A DNA stretch of 35,468 nt from a virus. The stretch lies in UHGV virus genome UHGV-0114740, one strand, 5' to 3'. Position numbers and translations under genes: made by a program. This document shows positions 35,419 through 35,468 of the stretch, one piece after another. The notes below the pieces were generated by a model, which did no database searches, had not been told where the DNA came from, and saw only the letters and a program-made list of their open reading frames with translations. Position 1 is the first letter of the stretch; the number at the start of each line of letters is the position of its first letter.

Positions 35419-35468
35419 TTTTATATAGCCTGAAACGGCTTAAAGGGTGATACTGAATAACAATTTTT

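Noticed and set aside
1-35468. CRISPR arrays, tRNA/rRNA genes, IS elements or transposases
   Set aside because: No regularly spaced direct repeats with unique spacers, no tRNA-like cloverleaf candidates and no transposase-like ORFs were seen; the only recombinases are the phage integrase and the invertase.
35419-35468. attL/attR core next to int
   Set aside because: Only 50 bp follow int and no matching direct repeat was found near the ogr/hok end; the att core probably lies outside the window or is too short to recognise by eye.

Overview
The window is almost entirely one P2-like (Peduovirus-type) temperate prophage from an enterobacterial host, read here in reverse of the usual P2 map. Left to right: a Hok-like small toxin ORF, ogr, tail gene D (- strand); the tail sheath/tube/E-E'/tape-measure/U block (+ strand, inverted relative to canonical P2); a Gin/Hin-family DNA invertase next to a ~3.3-kb invertible tail-fibre segment bounded by gix-like sites; baseplate, tail-completion, lysis and head genes (I, J, W, V, S, R, spanins, endolysin, holin, X, L, M, N, O; - strand); terminase P and portal Q (+); a repeat-rich putative cos region; a cargo locus at the P2 tin/old position carrying two unknown genes plus a ParM/ParR partition cassette; replication gene A and an early operon of small unknown genes (-); and the cox / C repressor / integrase immunity module at the right edge. 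All calls rest on reading the supplied translations and the DNA by eye; no searches were run. The most interesting items are the cargo locus (unknown gene pair plus ParMR), the Hok-like toxin missed by the ORF track, the tail-fibre inversion switch, and the inverted FI-U block. att sites could not be identified because the flanks are truncated.
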